A stretch of DNA of 59,808 nucleotides, the filler included. It is 7 parts of 7 records of this genome, joined end to end, with 100 filler letters (N's around TTAATTAATTAA, not from the genome) between each part and the next. Parts side by side here need not be neighbours in the genome. Positions count along the whole stretch, not along the records: positions 27,505 to 38,637 come from SRR31147125_16083; positions 38,738 to 53,738 come from SRR31147125_16108; 5 more parts are not named here. One strand, written 5' to 3'. The position numbers and the translations under genes are program-made. The notes under the pieces were generated by a model. It did no database searches and was not told where the DNA came from. It saw only the letters and a program-made list of their open reading frames with translations. Of the stretch, positions 28,409-40,265 are shown one piece after another; within the stretch, counting starts at the first letter, position 1, and the number at the start of each line of letters is the position of its first letter.

Positions 28409-30125
28409 CTAGTATTTTCTTTCAACAGGTTTCCATGTTGTAATATTAACTGATTTGTACTCGAGTCGTGGACCATTATCTGTCGAGAAGGCGAGTGTAT
28501 GTTTTAACCAGTCATTGTCATTTCTGACTGTAAAATCCCGTCTGGCATGCGCTCCTCTGGATTCTGTTCTGGTTAAAGCGCCGGTAACCATTACCTCTGC
28601 CACGTTAAGCATATTATCCAGTTCAAGTGCATGCGTGAGATTGGTGTTATAGGCATGGCTTTTATCGTCAATGTGGATATTCTTTATACGTTTTTTTAGT
28701 TGCTTGATTTCATCCAGTGCTTTAGATAAACTTTCACCAGTCCGAAAAACGCCTACGTTGGAATCCATGCACGATCTTAATTCTCTTTTTATATCGTATA
28801 AATTTTCTGATCCGTTTCTTTTTAAGAAATCCTCAGTTATTCGATCCTGTTCTGCTTTGACCCTGTCTTCAGGGACAGCCGCTATGCTATCAGTTGATTT
28901 ACAATAGTGGGCTGTTTGGGCACCCGTTATTTTGCCCCATACCAGACATTCGGCTGTGGAATTCGATCCGAGCCGGTTTGCTCCGTGCAGGCTTACGCAC
29001 GCTGCTTCACCAGCTGCCCAAATGCCTTTTACACGAGTGGCGCCATTAATGTCTGTTTCAATACCACCCATGGAATAATGAGCAACAGGTCTGCATGGAA
29101 TGGGTTCTTTTATGGGATCCAGATCGATGAATTCCATGCACACCTCACGGATAAGAGGCAGACGTTCATTTATTCGATCACCACCAAGGTGGGTGAGATC
29201 TAATTGTATATAATCCAGTCCACCTGGTCCTTTAATGCCTCTGCCTTCTTCAATTTCTTTGATTTCTGAGCGTGAGATTAGGTCCCGCGGAGCCAGTTCT
29301 TTTTTTTCAGGCGCATATTTTTCCATGAAACGTTCACCCTGGCTGTTTGTCAGGTAACCACCCTCACCACGACAGGCTTCGGTAATCAGGATGCCGGAAG
29401 GAATCAGGCCGGTGGGATGAAATTGCAGGAATTCCATATCTTCAAGAGGCAAACCGGCACGATATGCCATACCTAACCCATCCCCGGTTACTGTGTGAGA
29501 ATACGTTGTAAAGCCAAATAATGTACCCGCTCCACCCGCTGCAATGATTAAGGCTTTTCCTCGAATGAATTGAAAATCACCGGTCGTCATATTCATAACA
29601 GCCAGGCCGCAAAATTGATTTTTTTCTACAATGATCGCCGTGACATAGAATTCGTTATAGTGTGTGGTATTCTGGTATTTCAACAGCGTGTCATAAAGTG
29701 TTTGCAGCTCAAAAAATCCGGTTTTATCGGCAGCCAGGACAGCTCTTGGATAACTATGTCCACCAAAAGGGCGTTGGGCAATTTTATTATCTTCTCTTCT
29801 TGTCCGAGATGCCCCAGTGGTCCAGTTGCATGATTTCTGATGGCATGGATTTGACAAACAAATCCACCACATCCTGGTCAGCAAGAAAATCACTGCCTTT
29901 GACCGTATCCCAGGCATGAAGTTCAAAACTGTCACCTTCATCCGGTCTTAACATGGCAGCTGTTCCGCCTTCAGCTGCGACAGAGTGTGCCCGCATCATT
30001 TGCCCTTTTGTTACGACAGCAATGTCAAGTTGCCCCTTTGTAACTCGAGATGCTTCAACGGCAGCGCGTAAACCTGCCAAACCAGCACCAAGAATGATCA
30101 AGTCATGGTTTAACACATCTGGCAT
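28409..30125 (-). CDS. sdhA: Succinate dehydrogenase/fumarate reductase flavoprotein, split by a 2-nt deletion near 29805
   Basis: GAGLAG, RAHSVAAEGG (covalent FAD His), QRPFGG, QFHPTG, HYSMGG, HGANRLG, ESRGAH; two ORFs rejoin at HWGI-x-W-TRRED. Confidence 0.93.
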
Positions 30126-30576
30126 GCATGCCTCCATTAAATGGTTTGTGTTACGTTAAGAAAAATTAGTGGGAAAATTTAATTTTTTGGAATGTTGATG
30201 AGCGACAGAAATGGTTTTTATTTTTTTATCCTATGTCCTTTTTATTAGAGTTTTAGAATCGAACCAGTTATCGTGTTATCTGTTGATAATTAAAAACCTA
30301 ATCTACTGCATAGAACTTTTAAAATTATCATTCATTTCTAATTATGTCAAGGAAAAAGTTCACAAAGACGATATTTGTTTTAATTTTACTTGAAAATTGG
30401 GGTCATGTTTGGTATAATAAGTGTCAATAATTTGTGTATAATGATATTTCATGAGAAAAAAGATATTCTCGTTCAGAGATTGAGGTATCACTGGAAAATG
30501 GCCGGACAAAAAGTGGATTACCGATTTTTGCTGATCAGCTAAATTTTCTGTTTTTCTTAAATTAAGGTGTTTAAGA

Positions 30577-33567
30577 ATGGATATCTATTTTAATAGATTG
30601 AGACAACGTGCCAATGTATTGGGTAATCAATATAAAAAATATATTACTATTATAGATAAATATATGGATCCGTTAATGTCTCGTCTGGAAAATGCCGGTA
30701 TGATCGAACGAGTCCATTTGTGGGCCAGTGCTCATGATTACCAGGAAGAGATGGCAACCATTTCTCAGGTGGGATATACATTGGAGGAAAAATTAAACGA
30801 TCTCAGTTGCTACTTTGCCTACCAATTTCTTCAATTGAATCTGAGTGCGCTTGATGCTTTGATGCTGGAGATTACTACCAATAATAAAAAACTCCCGGTC
30901 TATAAGCAATTTATGCTTCGCGTCGGGCATGATTTTCGTAAATTAAGTGCCGCCTATATGGAACATTTGATGAACCTTTATCTGCCAGCTGAAAAAAAAC
31001 TGGAATTCGTCTTTATGGGTGTTGGAACGCGTTCGGATCAGGATGATATTGATATCGGTGTGATTGACCGGGGTGAAGATGGCAGGGAAGAGTTGAATAG
31101 AGCCATCGGCCGTATGAGCACAGAAATGTTTAAAAAGGCCATCAGTTTACATTTTCATTTATCCGAACACGTGGGAAACGTGGCTTCTTTTACTGCATCT
31201 GTTGATGAATATGTGAAACTGTTGGAATTGGAGATTCATGATTTTGTTATTTTAACGGAAATGCTTGGAGCTGCACGAATACTTGGTAGTAGAAAATTGT
31301 TTTTTGATTTCAGACGTCAGGTTACAGTACGATATTTTTATAATCCCCATGATAACAAAAATTTGAAATTTCATGAAGGTTATCTCAGGGGAATTGTTGG
31401 AGAAACAAGATCTTTTATGTTTCGTGAACTTTACAGGGAACGAATCAGCCCCAAAGCAGATGGTCTGCGTATGATCAAAGGTGCTCTTTTTGCTGCAAAA
31501 ACAATTTTTAATTTTCGTCAGGTGAATGCCTGGGCGATTTTTGAAGAGTTGAAACAAAGAGATAAAAAACGGCATCACTATTATACAAGTTTGGAAGAAT
31601 CTCTTACATTTCTTGAGATATTTAGATATTTATATCAAATGTTGATTTCTCAGGAAGAGGAAATTTATCTAAACGATGAATCAACATTTCAAAATCTGGC
31701 TGGTGTTGCAGAAGCCATGGGCTATGGAAATTTAGGAGCCGCTAATGCAACAGATTTTCTGATTACAGACTATTATACAAATATCCAGAAAGCAAAGTCT
31801 ACTCTCAATGATATGCTGCCTTCATTTGTTGGACATTTATCCTCAGTGACTGTGTTCGGTAAACTACTCCGGCATAAGAAAGTAACAGAAGAGGGGAAAA
31901 AACGGATCGGTAATTTGGCCATTCGATTTTTGCAAGAGTCAACGTTTTATCGTGGTACACGATTTTGGGATGATATAATTGATGTGTTGGCTCGTAAAAA
32001 CGGTCAGGTTCTTAAAAGACTGGTTCATGATCTGTGCCGTTTGAGTCCGGAACGTAAAGAGGTTGTTCTGCATGACTATATTGAGTGGAGTTGGAATTCA
32101 TTTATCGCCACCTTTTCATTTATTTTGTTGCTACATCGATATCGGGCTGAACTGCCAGACTGTAAACTTTTTGAAGAATTTAATCGACTTTTTTTTGAGC
32201 GAATACACAGTAGTGCTGAAATTGCACAGCGGTTGTCAACAGTCTTTAAAAATTATCCCAACCTCATGTACGAATATATTAAACTGCTTACTGAGGATCA
32301 GCAAAAAAGTTTTTACAAACTGCTGGATATCAATGTTTGGGATCAGGAAGTCTTACCCGTTAGAAATAGATTACGTTATTTGATCAAACTGCAATATGGA
32401 ACGAGTAAATATTTTAACAGAGTAATGGATAAAGTGATCGCCAGGCACCCGGAATATTTGCACTTTCTTGATGATTCAAGACGGCTTTTATTAATTGGCA
32501 AGGGGAAATTGGCTGAGGTGGAACGAACTCAGGATATTCAACAAAAATTGGACAAGATTAGATCCTATCATCATTTTGAATTTTTTAGAGCTTGTTTAAA
32601 TGCCTTTTCCGGTACGCCGTTGGAGTCTATTGCATTGGATTTTACTGTATTTTCTGATACATATTTGCGCTTATTGTTTGATCTTTGCAAACAGGATATT
32701 GATGAACGACGAAAAAGTGATTTAAAAACAAAAGATTTGCTTGGCATTTTTGTTACAGGTGGACACGGACAAATGCTGGCCTTTGATGATGATTATGATC
32801 TGATTATCCTGCTAAATTCTGATGATAAAGACATATTAAATTATTGTTCCTCTATCATAAGTCGAATGCATAGAGAAATCGTAAAATGTGGCATCATGCC
32901 CCATTACCGTTTCTCAGAGTACACATGCACTTATGTGTGTACTTTTTCTCAACTCAGCCTTATTTTAGCAGATACTTCAAAAGAGGTCTTTATTGACAAG
33001 TCACAACTTTTAACGGCGAGAATGGTTGTCGGTAGTAGTATTTTACAACGCGCTTTTGAAGATGAAATTATAAAACCCTATATTTATGACAAAAAGCAGG
33101 ACTATATTCAATCCATGTATACTGAGCTTGAAAGGAGGCAACAGGATTTTAAAAGAACAAATCCGGATGTGTTGAACCTTAAAAGATCGCCGGGTGGTCT
33201 ACGAGATATTGAAATGCTGATATTTATCTTCAAGGCGCTATATGAAATATCAGATAATTCTAATTTTAAAATTTTAAAACAGTTGCAGGAAAATGTACAT
33301 TCTCTGGAATCTCAATTTGAAAGATTGTATTCATCCTATACTTTTTTAAGAGTTATTCGTAATCTCAATCGCCTCACCATCGCTGCTGATGATTCTTTTG
33401 ATATTCGATATATCGATAGCCTTGCTGAGAATTTGAATGGTGAAGAAAAATCGGCTGCCACTGCTTCACAAACCTTGTTTCACGATGTTGAGAAAACGAT
33501 GAATCAGGTCACAAAAATCATAAAAAAAATTATCCAGCGTATTGGAGAACAAACATCTAAAGGATAA
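30577..33567 (+). CDS. Divergent GlnE/GlnD-like protein with two nucleotidyltransferase modules
   Basis: GVGTRSDQDDIDIG and VTGGHG...DDDYDL NT-like motifs; LNLKRSPGGLRDIE and YTFLRVIRNL resemble the GlnE C-terminal domain. Confidence 0.7.
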   Translation: MDIYFNRLRQRANVLGNQYKKYITIIDKYMDPLMSRLENAGMIERVHLWASAHDYQEEMATISQVGYTLEEKLNDLSCYFAYQFLQLNLSALDALMLEITTNNKKLPVYKQFMLRVGHDFRKLSAAYMEHLMNLYLPAEKKLEFVFMGVGTRSDQDDIDIGVIDRGEDGREELNRAIGRMSTEMFKKAISLHFHLSEHVGNVASFTASVDEYVKLLELEIHDFVILTEMLGAARILGSRKLFFDFRRQVTVRYFYNPHDNKNLKFHEGYLRGIVGETRSFMFRELYRERISPKADGLRMIKGALFAAKTIFNFRQVNAWAIFEELKQRDKKRHHYYTSLEESLTFLEIFRYLYQMLISQEEEIYLNDESTFQNLAGVAEAMGYGNLGAANATDFLITDYYTNIQKAKSTLNDMLPSFVGHLSSVTVFGKLLRHKKVTEEGKKRIGNLAIRFLQESTFYRGTRFWDDIIDVLARKNGQVLKRLVHDLCRLSPERKEVVLHDYIEWSWNSFIATFSFILLLHRYRAELPDCKLFEEFNRLFFERIHSSAEIAQRLSTVFKNYPNLMYEYIKLLTEDQQKSFYKLLDINVWDQEVLPVRNRLRYLIKLQYGTSKYFNRVMDKVIARHPEYLHFLDDSRRLLLIGKGKLAEVERTQDIQQKLDKIRSYHHFEFFRACLNAFSGTPLESIALDFTVFSDTYLRLLFDLCKQDIDERRKSDLKTKDLLGIFVTGGHGQMLAFDDDYDLIILLNSDDKDILNYCSSIISRMHREIVKCGIMPHYRFSEYTCTYVCTFSQLSLILADTSKEVFIDKSQLLTARMVVGSSILQRAFEDEIIKPYIYDKKQDYIQSMYTELERRQQDFKRTNPDVLNLKRSPGGLRDIEMLIFIFKALYEISDNSNFKILKQLQENVHSLESQFERLYSSYTFLRVIRNLNRLTIAADDSFDIRYIDSLAENLNGEEKSAATASQTLFHDVEKTMNQVTKIIKKIIQRIGEQTSKG

Positions 33568-33788
33568 AGTCTGTTGGTTACCTGTGCTTTGTTGTGTCAA
33601 GGACAGGTGGGACATCTGTGTAACAAACTGTGGTAAAGTTGTCCTTTATAGAAGAAAAAATTATTTACTAAATAATTTATTTAGTAAATATCTTCAATGT
33701 GGCGTAAGTGCAAATAAAACAGTAATTAACATATCAATTTTTAACGATTTTTTCGTGGTTGCTAATAGAAAAATCACCGATATTTTTA

Positions 33789-33804
33789 TGGCATAATCTA
33801 TGCT
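33789..33804 (+). promoter_or_regulatory. Putative sigma54 (-24/-12) promoter
   Basis: TGGCATAATCTATGCT has GG-N10-GC spacing, upstream of the surface/EPS cluster. Confidence 0.55.
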
Positions 33805-34506
33805 TAGAGATTGGATGAAGGTGACATCTATTTAAATAATGTTACCGGGTCAACTCGCCCAGCTCCATCTGACCCGTTAACATTGGGCCATGAAGAGGAC
33901 ATTGAAAATTGGTAAGTTTTGCAGGCAGATAGTCATTCCATTGCAGCTTACCTTAAAAAATCCTCATAAACCTTCACTTATAATAATTAGCAAGATCTGA
34001 CAAAAAGAAAAAATAACGAGGGCATTTCAACTGGTCCTTCACCAATTACTGGTTGATGGGATGAGGTGGATGCTTGTTAGGAGAAATTTTGGGTTGGTAA
34101 CTGGTGGATCCTATTATCAAATTATCCTGTGTAGACTCTGTTTTTCGATTCCATTGTTTTTCGAAAACGGTGACATGGAGCTTCTGATGATAAGATTGCC
34201 CTCGTTTTTAAATGTCATAAAAAAGGGTAGGACTCCAAAAGTGTGGGGATAGATTTATATCTATCCATGTGGTTTTTGTGTGATGTGTATTTGTGAGTTC
34301 TCTCAGATATCTGCCGAGGTATCCGCATCTGCGGATCCTCGGCAGACTAGAAACTGACTTTTTTTGTGGAGGACATGTCTGCTTTGACAGGATCTTTGTT
34401 AATACATCTTGTTGTAATAACTACTTTTTTATAATATAATAAACACGATGAAAAAAGTGTAACGCATCTAGCTTTCGGCAGCACAAGAAGGGCGAAAGGA
34501 GTTTAT

Positions 34507-35805
34507 ATGAAAAGCATCTTTGCCAGGACATCCTTTTTCAGCATGAAATTAACATTGTCAAACGCAACAAAAATTAATCGATGTAAGTGGTATTATATCT
34601 TAATAATCATTTTGAGCCTTGTATCGTCATCTTTTTCAGGAGCATTCATTGTGAGTTGGGATGCAAATACGGAACCGGATCTGGCAGGATACAAGGTGTA
34701 CTTTGGTTCTCAACCTTCCAATTATTCTTATTCTCAATATATAGGTAAAAGTACATATTGGACCCTGACTGAAGAACACGTCGGACATCCTCTCGTAGAA
34801 GGAGAGGTGTACTATTTAGCTGTGGCTGCACTGGATTCAGCTGGTAATGAAAGTTTACCTTCCGATGAGGTCAGTGCCGTGGTCACTGGGCCAAAGGTAT
34901 ATCCGAATGTTCAGGATGACGGGATCCAACTATTATGGAGCCCAACGGATGGTGCCGATTCCTATAATGTCTATCAGGATACTGTCGCTAATTTTAGCCC
35001 CACCGAACCTATCGCGATGGTCTCTGATATAAATACTTTTTTGGATAATTCGTTTCAAAAAAAGTCCAATAAAGGATATTATTATCAGGTAAAAGCCTTA
35101 TCAGGAGGATCAGAGATTTATACCTATGACAAGGTCGGAGTCTATAGTGTATCGGTTAAACCAGGGAAAAACCTGCTGTCCATTCCATTTGTTCCAATGG
35201 ATTCAACATTATGTGGTGTGTTGTCAGATCAGTTGACAGGAGCCACTGACGGATCTTCAGCAGCAAAGGTAGAGGTCTGGAATGGACATGGAACGGATGT
35301 AGCCTGGAAAGTGAATGCCCCGGGATTTCAATTACATAACAAGTGGGTTATAGAATCCGGAGCTGAAGAATCACCCCTTCAAATTAATCCGGATAAGGCT
35401 TTTTGGGTAACCATACGAGATGGGCATCCCGATTCCCTTCTTACTTTTATTGGCAAAATATCTCCGGACTCCAGCAGAGAGATTAATCTTCAAAAAGGAT
35501 GGAATTTTGTCGGATCTTGTTATCCGGTTGAAGTCACTTTGGATTCAACAGATTTGCGGGAGGATGGTGTCGTGCAAGGCAGTAATAATGCGGGGGATGC
35601 GGATAAAGTTATGATCTGGAATGGTATTGGTTTTGACTATGCCTGGCTTGTTGATGGTACAGGTACACAATATGATGGTAAATGGTTCAATCCGGCTGGT
35701 ACAGCAGAATCGACCCTGAAATTGAAACCCGGGCATGGATATGTTATCCATATTAAAAATAATAATGTTAGTACCAAGTGGACTTATCCACGGCCAAGTT
35801 TATGA
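34507..35805 (+). CDS. Secreted fibronectin type III domain protein
   Basis: Signal-like N-terminus; VSWDANTEPDLAGYKVY...YYLAVAALDSAGNES..SDEV FN3; internal repeat ending L.P..A/GFW/YV. Confidence 0.8.
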   Translation: MKSIFARTSFFSMKLTLSNATKINRCKWYYILIIILSLVSSSFSGAFIVSWDANTEPDLAGYKVYFGSQPSNYSYSQYIGKSTYWTLTEEHVGHPLVEGEVYYLAVAALDSAGNESLPSDEVSAVVTGPKVYPNVQDDGIQLLWSPTDGADSYNVYQDTVANFSPTEPIAMVSDINTFLDNSFQKKSNKGYYYQVKALSGGSEIYTYDKVGVYSVSVKPGKNLLSIPFVPMDSTLCGVLSDQLTGATDGSSAAKVEVWNGHGTDVAWKVNAPGFQLHNKWVIESGAEESPLQINPDKAFWVTIRDGHPDSLLTFIGKISPDSSREINLQKGWNFVGSCYPVEVTLDSTDLREDGVVQGSNNAGDADKVMIWNGIGFDYAWLVDGTGTQYDGKWFNPAGTAESTLKLKPGHGYVIHIKNNNVSTKWTYPRPSL

Positions 35806-35851
35806 GTCAAATCTCTGTCTTAATGATCCGATGTTGAATGAGGAGGTAACG

Positions 35852-36925
35852 ATGAAAGACTTTTCCCCGATAAATGTAGCTATTTTATTAATTATGATCA
35901 TTTTTTGTTTCAATTCACCAACAGATGCCGGTACTTTTGAAGCAAGTTGTAGTGCTGGTGTAACAGATGTTGATGGTGTAACCTATCTGTTTGGCAGCGC
36001 TTCAGGTGGCGGCTGTTTTGTCCAACTTATTTATGTTGGCGGAAATGGTGTTATTGATTATCCTGACGCGTTTGGCAGCACCACTCTGGACGATTCTTTG
36101 CTGGGAACCACCTATGTTGGCTATGGTTATCCGTTTAATCCGGATGAAGGTAGATTTGTTAAAACGTTTAGTCATGACTTGTTGAGCTTAAATGCGCAGG
36201 TATATGTACGGGCATGGAATGACAGCATTCCCATAAACTCAGAAGACTATTATGGCGATTCAGATATTTATACATTGCAGAGTGATTTTGATAGTTACAA
36301 TTTTCCGAGTTGGCAGGTCAATAATTTGGTCGTGGTGCCTGTAGAACTGGCTTCTTTTTCCGTGGATCCAAGACCCGGTTATGTCTCCATTGAGTGGACA
36401 ACTCAGTCTGAAACAGATAACCTCGGTTTTCATATTTTTAGAAGTAATATGCGCAATGGCCAGCAGGAACAAGTCACGACCAAAATTATAGAAGGGGCTA
36501 TTAATTCGCAAGTGCGTCACGACTACAAGTGGGAAGATCGAAGTGTGGAAGTGGATAAAAACTATTTTTATTGGCTTGCAGACATTGCTATGGATGGTTC
36601 TGTATATTACCATGGCCCCAAATCCGCTTTTACTGTGGCCACTCCAGAGCTGTATGGGCTTTTGCAGAATTACCCTAATCCCTTTAATCCGTCAACTTCT
36701 CTTAGCTATGTGCTTAAATCTGATGGTGATGTCAATTTGAGAATATATAACATTACCGGTCAGCTCGTTCGAGAGCTGGTAAACTGTACACAACAAACCG
36801 GGGAACATATTGTAGAGTGGGACGGTCGGGATACTTTTGGAAGTTTAGTACCAAGTGGAACCTATTTTTACGTCCTTGATGTCAATGGTTTTACATCAAC
36901 TCGTAAAATGTCCATGATGAAATAA
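35852..36925 (+). CDS. Secreted protein with C-terminal FlgD-Ig / T9SS-type sorting domain
   Basis: VPVELASF, QNYPNPFNPST, WDGRD..G..VPSGTYFY; GAGGAGG SD. Confidence 0.85.
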   Translation: MKDFSPINVAILLIMIIFCFNSPTDAGTFEASCSAGVTDVDGVTYLFGSASGGGCFVQLIYVGGNGVIDYPDAFGSTTLDDSLLGTTYVGYGYPFNPDEGRFVKTFSHDLLSLNAQVYVRAWNDSIPINSEDYYGDSDIYTLQSDFDSYNFPSWQVNNLVVVPVELASFSVDPRPGYVSIEWTTQSETDNLGFHIFRSNMRNGQQEQVTTKIIEGAINSQVRHDYKWEDRSVEVDKNYFYWLADIAMDGSVYYHGPKSAFTVATPELYGLLQNYPNPFNPSTSLSYVLKSDGDVNLRIYNITGQLVRELVNCTQQTGEHIVEWDGRDTFGSLVPSGTYFYVLDVNGFTSTRKMSMMK

Positions 36926-36948
36926 TGAATGAGAACAGGTGTGAGGGT

Positions 36949-37701
36949 ATGATGATGAGGTTGAAGAAACGGTTTATTCCTGCGTTGTTAATGACAGTTA
37001 TTATTTTGATGAACAATGCATGTTCCGTGAAACCGCAAAATTCAAAAAAATCGGCGACTTCCTCCAGAGCCGTGATGAATTTACCGAAGATAAATAGCGA
37101 CAAGGTTGCACAACCATCTGCATACCGATTAGGTTATGGCGATATCGTTGAAATTAAATTCTTTCATAATGGTGAATACAATGAAAGTGTATCTGTCCGA
37201 CCTGATGGATGTATATCACTGCAACGAATTGGTGATGTAAATGTGTTGGGGATGACACCGTCTGAACTTGATGAGATTATTACTGAAAACTATGATGAAA
37301 TACTTGTAGAACCGGATGTGACTGTATTTGTTCGGGAATTTGGTGGTCAGGAAGTTTACGTGATGGGCGAGGTTGGTAAACCAGGATCCTATCCGGTCAC
37401 AAAAGGTATGACCGTATTACGCTCTATCGTTGCAGCTGGCGGGCTTCAAAACAGTGCAAAGTTGAATAGCGTTTTACTAATCCGAGTTGATGAAAGCCAA
37501 CGTGCTGAAGTAACTCGTCTAGATGTTGATGTAAAGAATAATTCGAAAAAAATAAGAAATGACGTACCTATCCAGGCGTTTGATATTGTTTATGTTCCAA
37601 AAACATTTATTGCTGATGTAAATGAGTATACGAGTCAACTGTATGATATTATACTCCAACCACTGGATGTGTGGACAAGATATCTGTATTGGAGTAGGTA
37701 A
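36949..37701 (+). CDS. Polysaccharide export lipoprotein (Wza-like, Poly_export + SLBB)
   Basis: YRLGYGD, VRPDGCISL, VYVMGEVGKPG, DIVYVPK; lipobox-like NNAC; exact start uncertain. Confidence 0.9.
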   Translation: MMMRLKKRFIPALLMTVIILMNNACSVKPQNSKKSATSSRAVMNLPKINSDKVAQPSAYRLGYGDIVEIKFFHNGEYNESVSVRPDGCISLQRIGDVNVLGMTPSELDEIITENYDEILVEPDVTVFVREFGGQEVYVMGEVGKPGSYPVTKGMTVLRSIVAAGGLQNSAKLNSVLLIRVDESQRAEVTRLDVDVKNNSKKIRNDVPIQAFDIVYVPKTFIADVNEYTSQLYDIILQPLDVWTRYLYWSR

Positions 37702-37761
37702 AATGATAACTGTGCTTGTTAACAATAGGTGTGATTTCGGAGAGTTTGAGAGGAGAATATA

Positions 37762-38637
37762 ATGATAGAATATAATCATTTTGATAGCCCAATGTCACCA
37801 CATAGTTTTTTAGGCGTGGTGCATAAAAGAAGGGGTATCATACTATTCTTATTCGCTGTGATAGTTGGATCGATGGTCGCGGCTGCATTCCTCTTGCCAC
37901 CGAGTTTCGAGTCTACTGCTAAAGTGATGGTCAACTTTCAAGCTGATAATGAAAAAGCCTATCTCCTGGGAGTTTATCAGAGAAATGGTCGGACTGAATA
38001 TGATCGTATTGGTTCTGAACTGGTCATTCTCAAAATGCGGAGCATTCTGGAGCCGGTCATTTCAGACCTAAAACTTGATGTGCCAGATGATGTATCTGAG
38101 CACCCGAATATGGCAGAGGCAACAGAATTGCACGAAGAAGCACTTGAAAAGCTTGAGAAAAAATTAAATGTCGCCCGCGAAAAAGATACAAACGTCCTGA
38201 CAATAAGTTATGAAAATAAAAATCCCAGGCTCGCTGCGAGTGTGGTTGATAAAATTGTTACGGAATACATTAAACAACGGCCAGGCCTGGATAAAGACGA
38301 CCGGGCTTATGAATTCTTTAATAAACAGATCCGCTTAATTCAAAAGCAGATTGATGATCTGGAACATAAGGGAATGCAATATAAGAGTAAGCAAATGGTG
38401 CTGTCGCCAGATGAGCAATCTAATATCCTTTTTTCATCCATCTCTGATTTCGATAGGGAATTGACCAAAGTACGTGCGGAACGAATTTCAAAAGAAGCAA
38501 AATTGAAAATTATTAAAGAACAATTGGCTAGGGGGGACGAGTTGGTCATTCCAACCCTGGAGACCAGTGAAAGTTTGAGTCGACGGGATTATCTGAATGA
38601 ATTAAAAAAGACTCTGTTAAACCTCGAACTTAAAAAA
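37762..38637 (+). CDS. Polysaccharide chain-length determinant (Wzc/GumC-like), 3'-truncated
   Basis: N-terminal TM, P.FESTAKVMV, SRSILEPVI-like motif, TNVLTISY...NP..AA, coiled coils. Confidence 0.88.
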
Positions 38638-38737
38638 NNNNNNNNNNNNNNNNNNNNNNNNNNNNNNNNNNNNNNNNNNNNTTAATTAATTAANNNNNNN
38701 NNNNNNNNNNNNNNNNNNNNNNNNNNNNNNNNNNNNN
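38638..38737. other. Artificial contig linker
   Basis: N44-TTAATTAATTAA-N44. Confidence 0.99.
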
Positions 38738-40232
38738 CCCAACTGGTGGATGGCCTAAAGCTTATCCGGTTGTTGGAAATGACTATAAACAGCATAATAC
38801 CTTTAATGATGGAGCTATGCAAAATATAATGCTTCTGTTGAAAGAAATTCTCACAAGCAATCACTATGCATTCTTGGATTCAACGAAGATTTTTAAAGTT
38901 CAGAAAACATATGATAAGGGCTTGGATTGTATCCTCAAATGTCAGATTGTTACCAACGGGAAACTTACAGCTTGGTGTCAGCAGCACGATGAATATAATT
39001 ATTTGCCAAGAGGTGGGCGAACTTTTGAGCCCGCTGCCATTAGTGGATCAGAGAGTATTGGAATTATTAAATTTTTAATGGATATCGATAATCCATCTCC
39101 CAAAATTAAAAAAGCCATTAAAGGAGCTGTTGAGTGGATTACAGCATCACAAATAGAAGGACTCAAAGTAGTTACTATTCCTGATTCCACTTATAAAGCC
39201 AAAGGGATTGATCGTAAAGTTGTTTCTGATCCTGGAAATATACTATGGGCAAGATATTACGAGATTGAAACGAACAAACCAATATTTTTTGGAAGAGATG
39301 GAATTAAAAAATATAGTCTTGCTGAGATCGATCAAGAGAGGCGTACCGGATATGCATGGTATGGCAAGTGGGGTAGGAATATAGAACATGAATATGCTGA
39401 TTGGAATTCAAAATGGGGAATTGACATCTCCGATTTAACAAGGTTGAATAAACCGGAAGATGGGTATTTTATAACTTCAGATAGTGTGAGAATTCATTAT
39501 TTAACAAAAGGGAAAGGAACTCCAGTAATCCTTATTCATGGACTTGCAGGTACTGCTTATGGAAATTGGTTTGCTAATGGAATTGCAGATTCATTAGCCA
39601 ATAATCATTTTGTTATAGCACTCGATTGTCGTAATCATGGAGTTAGCGATAATCCTGCTGGTGAACTTTCATGGGGCTCAGAATATGATGTTATTGAATT
39701 GATGGATCATCTCAATATTAAAAAAGCTCATTTACATGGTTACTCCATGGGAGGAGGCATTGTTTCGCAGATAATGGCTAAGGCTCCTGAGCGAATTATA
39801 ACTGCCAGCATGGGAGGATATGGGATACCAGAAACCGATTCCCTTTGGATTGCCAAAATTCCTGCTGAAAGTAAAGGTTATGATTCACAAGCAAAGGAGG
39901 CATTTTTTAGGATGTTGACGAGCTATGGAAAAAGTAAGGGAATGAGTGAAAAAGATATAGATGAATTAATTAATAAACCTCGATCAAGCCGTACACGAAT
40001 CTCGCCTCCATCAGTGGATATTGACCTGACAAGAGTTGACTATCCGGTAATGACTATTATTGGAGAGTATGACCATGCTGTTGCTAAATCACATCGAATG
40101 AGGCGACAAATAGAAAACATGAAGCACATCGCTTTACCGGGAAAATCACACAATACAGCTATTATGGCAGGTTATATGCCTCAGCTTTATATCGATTCTC
40201 TGGTTGATTTTATTGATAGTAATGATTTATAA
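38738..40232 (+). CDS. PL10 pectate lyase fused to an alpha/beta hydrolase, 5'-truncated
   Basis: GGWP..., TFNDGAM, AWCQQHD, RTFEP, WARYYE, ERRTGYAW (PL10); then LIHGLAG, GYSMGG (alpha/beta hydrolase). Confidence 0.85.
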
Positions 40233-40265
40233 ATACGCTATTGAATTTTTAATAAGAAAAATACC

